DNA from: Candidatus Eiseniibacteriota bacterium
GTDB lineage: Bacteria > Eisenbacteria > RBG-16-71-46 > JABDJR01 > JAWXBZ01
Assembly (NCBI GenBank): GCA_034440375.1
Contig: JAWXBZ010000138.1
Coordinates: 1 to 22,490, forward strand
Direction of reading: 5' to 3'
DNA length: 22,490 bases
Positions within the stretch are counted from its first letter, which is position 1; each line of letters begins with the position of its first letter. The translations under genes and the position numbers were made by a program. A model generated the notes under the pieces. It worked only from the letters and a program-made list of their open reading frames with translations, was not told the origin of the DNA and made no database searches. This document shows, one piece after another, positions 18,299-22,490 of the stretch.

Positions 18299-18889
18299 AT
18301 GACCACTCGTCGACTGTCGGTTCTTGCTGCGATCCTGGCCCTTGCCGGCTTTGCCGCAAGCGCCGTGGCCGGAATCCCGGACCCGTCCCTCTCCACGGTC
18401 CCGAACGTCATCGCCTCACCAGGCGGAACGATTCCCTACAACGTCACGATTGTCGGGCAGGGGGGGCCGGTTGCCTCTGCCAATGTGCAGCTTCGCTATG
18501 CCGTGGCGGGCGACACCTCGGCTTGCTGGTGCGTGGGGCAGGTTCGGCCCGTCATCGCGGCCGTCACCAATGCCTCGGGTATCGCCACGTTTAACGTGTC
18601 GGGTGGGCTTTGTCTCAATCCCGCGCTGCTGGCCGGGGGAGTGGCGGTCGAGGTGTTCGTGAACGACATCAAGCTGAAGGAGGTCGGTCAGATCAGTCCC
18701 GATGTCGTGGCTACCCCGTCGGGCGCCTGCGAGGTCGGCCTCAACGATGCTGTTTCCTTCACCACGTTTCTTGCCACCAGCACGTACAGTTTTTGCTACG
18801 ACATCAACTCAGACGGAGCGGTTGGATTGACGGACGCCGTCCTTTTCACCTCACCGGCGGCCTCAGCGGCGAACTGTACCGAGCAGTAA
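18299..18889 (+). CDS. Secreted Cys-rich hypothetical protein, Ig-like plus dockerin-like repeat (paralogue 1)
   Basis: GGAGGT SD then ATG 18299. 24-aa signal peptide ending AVA, mature start GIPD. DINSDGAVGLTD Ca-loop-like motif. Ungapped homology to the next gene. Confidence 0.85.
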   Translation: MTTRRLSVLAAILALAGFAASAVAGIPDPSLSTVPNVIASPGGTIPYNVTIVGQGGPVASANVQLRYAVAGDTSACWCVGQVRPVIAAVTNASGIATFNVSGGLCLNPALLAGGVAVEVFVNDIKLKEVGQISPDVVATPSGACEVGLNDAVSFTTFLATSTYSFCYDINSDGAVGLTDAVLFTSPAASAANCTEQ

Positions 18890-18925
18890 CAAATTTTGGT
18901 TCAAGCTGTTTATTTGTAATTAGAT

Positions 18926-18971
18926 AGAGGGCAGGCGCGGATTCGGCCGGATGCCGGGTCCGTTCCTCTTT
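18926..18971 (+). terminator. Probable terminator hairpin after paralogue 1
   Basis: CGGATTCGGC/GCCGGGTCCG stem with two G-U pairs, enclosed by AGAGG/CCTCT and followed by a short T run. Confidence 0.45.
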
Positions 18972-19151
18972 CCAAAGCCCACGATCGTTTCGCTGTCATC
19001 CGGAGTCGGGATAGGATAGACTTCCCTCCGAAGCACTTGCTTCGACTTCCAGCGGTCTCGCGAGTGGCTGGTCCCCGGTCTCGGTGAATCGGTGCCTGCT
19101 CCAGCCAGATCAATCACCCGGGTTTACGGCATCGTTCCGTGGAGGTGTTAC

Positions 19152-19736
19152 GTGGTTCATCGCAACAAGTTCGCCGGCACATTAGCTGCAGTCCTGCTCA
19201 CCCTTGCCGGAGCAGCGTCTGCTGGCATTCCGGATTGCACGCTCAGCACGATTCCGAACGTGGTGGCATCGCCGGACGGAAGTATTCCGACGACCTTCAC
19301 GATCGTCAGTACCTCCGGACCGCTCAATGGCGCCACCGTCGAGCTTCGCTATACCGCGGTCGGTGATGCCGCCGCCTGCTGGTGTGCCACCCAGGTTCAC
19401 CCGATCATTTCCGGCGTTACGAATCCCTCCGGCCAGGTCACGTTTAACGTGAGAGGCGGCGGCTGTTTGAAACCGGCCACGATCGCGGGTGGCGTTGCCA
19501 TCCGGGTCTTCGTGAACAATATCGCTTGCAAGGAAATCGGCCAGGTCAGCCCGGACGTCAACAGCACCACGTCCCCGCCGTGCACGGTCAGCCTCTCGGA
19601 TGCCGTTGATTTCACCGGCCCTCTCTCAACAAGTACCTACAGTTTCTGCTTTGACCTCAACTCGGACAATCAGGTCGGCTTGACTGACGCCGTCATCTTC
19701 ACGTCGCCGGCGGCCAACGCAGCAACCTGTAACTAG
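19152..19736 (+). CDS. Secreted Cys-rich hypothetical protein, Ig-like plus dockerin-like repeat (paralogue 2)
   Basis: GGAGGT SD at 19141, GTG 19152. 24-aa signal peptide ending ASA, mature start GIPD. DLNSDNQVGLTD motif. Confidence 0.85.
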   Translation: MVHRNKFAGTLAAVLLTLAGAASAGIPDCTLSTIPNVVASPDGSIPTTFTIVSTSGPLNGATVELRYTAVGDAAACWCATQVHPIISGVTNPSGQVTFNVRGGGCLKPATIAGGVAIRVFVNNIACKEIGQVSPDVNSTTSPPCTVSLSDAVDFTGPLSTSTYSFCFDLNSDNQVGLTDAVIFTSPAANAATCN

Positions 19737-19755
19737 GCTCCGGCTGAATCGTTTC

Positions 19756-19790
19756 GGCGCGGCGGATCAACCGATCCGCCGCGCCTTTTT
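19756..19790 (+). terminator. Rho-independent terminator
   Basis: Perfect 13-bp stem GGCGCGGCGGATC-AACC-GATCCGCCGCGCC followed by TTTTT, 19 nt after the stop of paralogue 2. Confidence 0.9.
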
Positions 19791-19824
19791 CATGGGTGCC
19801 CGATTGCCCGCCGGGGGAGGACCA

Positions 19825-20154
19825 ATGTTCCAGGATATGGAGATCACCCCGGATGAACTGGTGGCACTCCGTGAGTCGGGCCAATCGGTTCGTCTCATCG
19901 ATGTCCGGGAGGATTGGGAATTTGAGTACAGCCGGATTCCGGGTGCCGAGCTGCTTCCGCTCCACGAGCTTGAGTTTCGCCATTCCGGCGTCTTGAAGAC
20001 CGACGAAACAATCGTCTGCTACTGCCACATGGGGATGCGCAGTTTCAATGCCGCACTCTGGCTCAAGCAGAACGGGTATGAACGGGTGAAGAGCCTTGCG
20101 GGAGGAATCAACCGCTGGGCTGACGAGCGCGATCCCGAGATGCCGCGCTACTGA
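19825..20154 (+). CDS. Single-domain rhodanese-like sulfurtransferase
   Basis: GGGGAGG SD. LIDVRE..E....IPGA, active loop YCHMGMRS, SLAGGINRW, DPEMPRY. Confidence 0.92.
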   Translation: MFQDMEITPDELVALRESGQSVRLIDVREDWEFEYSRIPGAELLPLHELEFRHSGVLKTDETIVCYCHMGMRSFNAALWLKQNGYERVKSLAGGINRWADERDPEMPRY

Positions 20155-20190
20155 GATCGTTCCGTATCCGCCATTGCCGCGCGGCCCGGG

Positions 20191-20523
20191 TTACCCGGCG
20201 CAAAGACGCGGATGGGGCGCCATGAAGGCCAGCGCCACCAGGCGGCCCGGCCCCGTGTTTTCGGCGCCGTGCTCAATCCCCGCCGGCGCCATGACGGCAT
20301 CACCGGGACCCAGTTCGCCCCGCTCGGCGCCAACCTGAAACGTCCCGCGCCCCTCCACGACAAGGTAGATCTTGTCGTTCCCATCGTGAACGTGTGGCTT
20401 CTGGGATTGTCCCGGTTCGAGGACATATGCATCCAGGAAGAAGCGAGGCGTTTCGAACAGGTTCGTCTTCGTCATCCGGGTTTCCGAACCGGGGAATGGC
20501 CCCGTCCAGCGAACGATTTCCAC
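20191..20523 (-). CDS. Cupin domain protein
   Basis: LEPGQSQKPHVH...K.YLVVEGRG...LGPGD....PAGIEHG..N. GTG start at 20523 chosen from a GGGAGG SD. Confidence 0.85.
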   Translation of the reverse strand: MEIVRWTGPFPGSETRMTKTNLFETPRFFLDAYVLEPGQSQKPHVHDGNDKIYLVVEGRGTFQVGAERGELGPGDAVMAPAGIEHGAENTGPGRLVALAFMAPHPRLCAG

Positions 20524-20624
20524 CCGATCCTCCCGATCCTCGCGGGCGTTCCGCCCCGCCATTTGCTGTGCTAGTCTCGCCGACTCCCGCAAAGCTGCCA
20601 GCATTGTATCCCACCGGAGGAATC

Positions 20625-21860
20625 ATGGGCCTGTACACCGAAGACAACCTCTACTGGCGAAACCTCGCCCACAGCGTTGCGGAGGAAGTCGTCCGGCCCC
20701 TCGCGGCCAAATATGACCAACTCCAGGAGTATCCCTGGGAGATCAAGGACGCCATTGCAAAGGCCGGCCTGCTCAAGGTCTGGATTCCGAAGGAGTATGG
20801 CGGAGCCGGCGCGGGGGTAATGAACCTGTGCATCGTCGTCGAGGAGTTGTCGCGTGCCTGCGGCGGCGTTGGCGTCATGTTCGCGGTCAATGCGCTCGGC
20901 TCCTTCCCGATACTCGTCGGCGGCACCGAGGAGCAGAAGCAGGAATGGCTCCCGAAGATCGCCACCGGCGAAAAACTGATCGCCTTCTGTCTCTCCGAGA
21001 AGTTCGCCGGCTCCGATGCCGGCTCGCTCCGCACTGTGGCCCGTGACGAGGGCGATTACTTCATTCTCTCCGGTGAGAAGAAGTGGACCACCAACGGCGG
21101 AGCGGCCGACATTTACACCGTGTTCGCAATCACCGATCCAAATTCACGCTCGAAGCGCATCTCGGCCCTGGTGGTCGAGAAAGGAATGGCCGGATTCTCG
21201 ATCGGCAAGGTCGAGGACAAGATGGGCATCCGTTGTGCACCGGTCGTCGAGACGGTCTTTGAAGATGTCAAGGTTCCACGGAAGAACGTCCTCGGCGGGG
21301 TCCCCGGACATGGCTTCCGACACGCCATGCAAACGCTGGATCTGGCCCGCCCCGGTGTCGCCGCACAGGCCGTGGGCCTTGCCCAGGGCGCGCTCGAACT
21401 GGCCACGGTTTATGCTACCCGGCGCCGCCAGTTCGGAAGCACGATTGCCAGCTTCCAGATGATTCAAAAGCTCCTGGCCGACATGTCGACCCGGACCGAA
21501 GCGGCCCGGCAGCTTGTTTACGCCGCCGCCCGGGCCCTCGACTCCGGCGAAACGAATACAACGAAGTTGGCCGCCCAGGCCAAGTTATTTGCCACGGACA
21601 CGGCGATGTGGGTCACCACCCAGGCCGTCCAGATCTTCGGCGGCTACGGCTACATGCGCGACTACCCGATCGAAAAGTACATGCGCGACGCCAAGATCAC
21701 GCAGATCTACGAAGGGACGAACCAGGTCCAGTCGATGGTCATTGCCCGTAACCTGGTCAAGGAGGCTGGCCAGCTCGCCTACCTGTCGAAGTACATCCCG
21801 ACGGAGATCCAGCGCGGCGTGAATCCATCCGAAGTCGATGGGTCGGCCCCGACCGGCTAG
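20625..21860 (+). CDS. Acyl-CoA dehydrogenase (short/branched-chain type)
   Basis: GGAGGA SD, ATG 20625. IPKEYGG, FCLSEKFAGSD, GEKKWTTNG, KMGIR, RRQFG, QIFGGYGYMRDYPIEKYMRDAKITQIYEGTNQ. Confidence 0.95.
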   Translation: MGLYTEDNLYWRNLAHSVAEEVVRPLAAKYDQLQEYPWEIKDAIAKAGLLKVWIPKEYGGAGAGVMNLCIVVEELSRACGGVGVMFAVNALGSFPILVGGTEEQKQEWLPKIATGEKLIAFCLSEKFAGSDAGSLRTVARDEGDYFILSGEKKWTTNGGAADIYTVFAITDPNSRSKRISALVVEKGMAGFSIGKVEDKMGIRCAPVVETVFEDVKVPRKNVLGGVPGHGFRHAMQTLDLARPGVAAQAVGLAQGALELATVYATRRRQFGSTIASFQMIQKLLADMSTRTEAARQLVYAAARALDSGETNTTKLAAQAKLFATDTAMWVTTQAVQIFGGYGYMRDYPIEKYMRDAKITQIYEGTNQVQSMVIARNLVKEAGQLAYLSKYIPTEIQRGVNPSEVDGSAPTG

Positions 21861-21888
21861 GCTGGAAGTGGCAGCGCCGCGCCCATCC

Positions 21889-22490
21889 ATGCCCCGATTC
21901 AACATCATCTTCAGAACCTGCGATGCCGTGCTGTCGCTGCACGACGTACCGCGCCCGTTCGGACTCGACAAGAAGTCGCTGCTGAAGACCTGCTTCCTGA
22001 GCCTGTATGAATCGGTCCGAAATCATCCCCACCGGATTGTCGTCATTGGCGACCGACTGACACCGGAGACCGAGGCATTCTTCCGAAGGTTTCCCGTCGA
22101 GGTCATGAACCGGGAGCTCAACAACGAATTGTCGATTCGCCTGAGTCTCGATGTGGCCCTGGATTGCCCGGATTTGGAGTGGGTCTATTTCTGCGAGGAC
22201 GATTATCTCCACCGCCCCGAGACCTTCAATTTCATCTCGGGATTCCTGGCCGACCGGAGGAACATCCTGGCCACGGAACAAGGCAAAGGCGGCGATCCTG
22301 CCGGTCGGCCGCTTTTCATTCATCCACCCGACTACCCGGATCGCTATCTTGCCCGCTACCGTCGGCCGTCGTGGCTCTTCGTTTCCCCCGGGTGCCACTG
22401 GAGGGAGGTCGACAGCGTGACGTTCACGTTCATGGCGGAAACCTCGTCGCTCCGGAAGTACGAGAGCGTTCTCCGACGCTCCGCTGTCGG
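21889..22490 (+). CDS. Putative GT-A fold glycosyltransferase (3' truncated by the window)
   Basis: Manual translation from ATG 21889, open to the window end: MPRFNIIFRTCD...KTCFLSL...IVVIGD...EWVYFCEDDYLH...DYPDRY...HWREVDSVTFTF. A hydrophobic strand followed by EDD is a DxD-like motif. Not in the ORF track because it has no stop codon here. Confidence 0.72.
   Translation, partial: MPRFNIIFRTCDAVLSLHDVPRPFGLDKKSLLKTCFLSLYESVRNHPHRIVVIGDRLTPETEAFFRRFPVEVMNRELNNELSIRLSLDVALDCPDLEWVYFCEDDYLHRPETFNFISGFLADRRNILATEQGKGGDPAGRPLFIHPPDYPDRYLARYRRPSWLFVSPGCHWREVDSVTFTFMAETSSLRKYESVLRRSAV

Noticed and set aside
18887-18926. Short AT-rich patch as a sign of foreign DNA or an insertion scar
   Set aside because: Only about 40 nt, directly after a stop codon, with no flanking repeats, transposase or integrase.
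18299-19736. Paralogue pair as a DGR template/variable repeat or a RiPP precursor set
   Set aside because: Differences are spread across the genes and not adenine-specific. No reverse transcriptase or modifying enzymes are in the window, and both are full genes with signal peptides.
21757-22420. ORFs 21757-22398 (-) and 22151-22420 (+)
   Set aside because: They overlap the better-supported glycosyltransferase-like frame starting at 21889.
1-22490. CRISPR array, tRNA/rRNA, IS or prophage genes
   Set aside because: No regularly spaced repeats, cloverleaf motifs or mobile-element proteins seen. Intergenic gaps are short and mostly explained.

Overview
GC-rich bacterial chromosomal window, about 21 densely packed CDSs. 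I see no rRNA, tRNA, CRISPR array or mobile element. Recognisable genes: BtpA-family protein, two SDRs, proline dehydrogenase with a sulfite-oxidase-like Mo protein, an isolated TPP-dependent E1-alpha, a five-repeat TM-helix (CmpX-like) membrane protein, lysA, type I pullulanase, a spermidine-synthase-like SAM-binding protein, a MacA/split-MacB ABC exporter, an M28-PA-PDZ peptidase, rhodanese, cupin, acyl-CoA dehydrogenase, and a truncated GT-A glycosyltransferase missing from the ORF track. The most unusual content is uncharacterised secreted proteins. Two tandem paralogues are Cys-rich, with an Ig-like region and a dockerin-like C-terminus. A third has an FnIII-like domain, a 'TQGYWKNH' domain and a C-terminal 'VPVENATWTRIKRLGR' tail that looks like a sorting signal. 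From memory, this protein style suggests a Ca. Eisenbacteria/Krumholzibacteria-type organism; that is unverified. Four genes also appear to be leaderless, with a -10-like hexamer 6-8 nt before the start codon and no Shine-Dalgarno.
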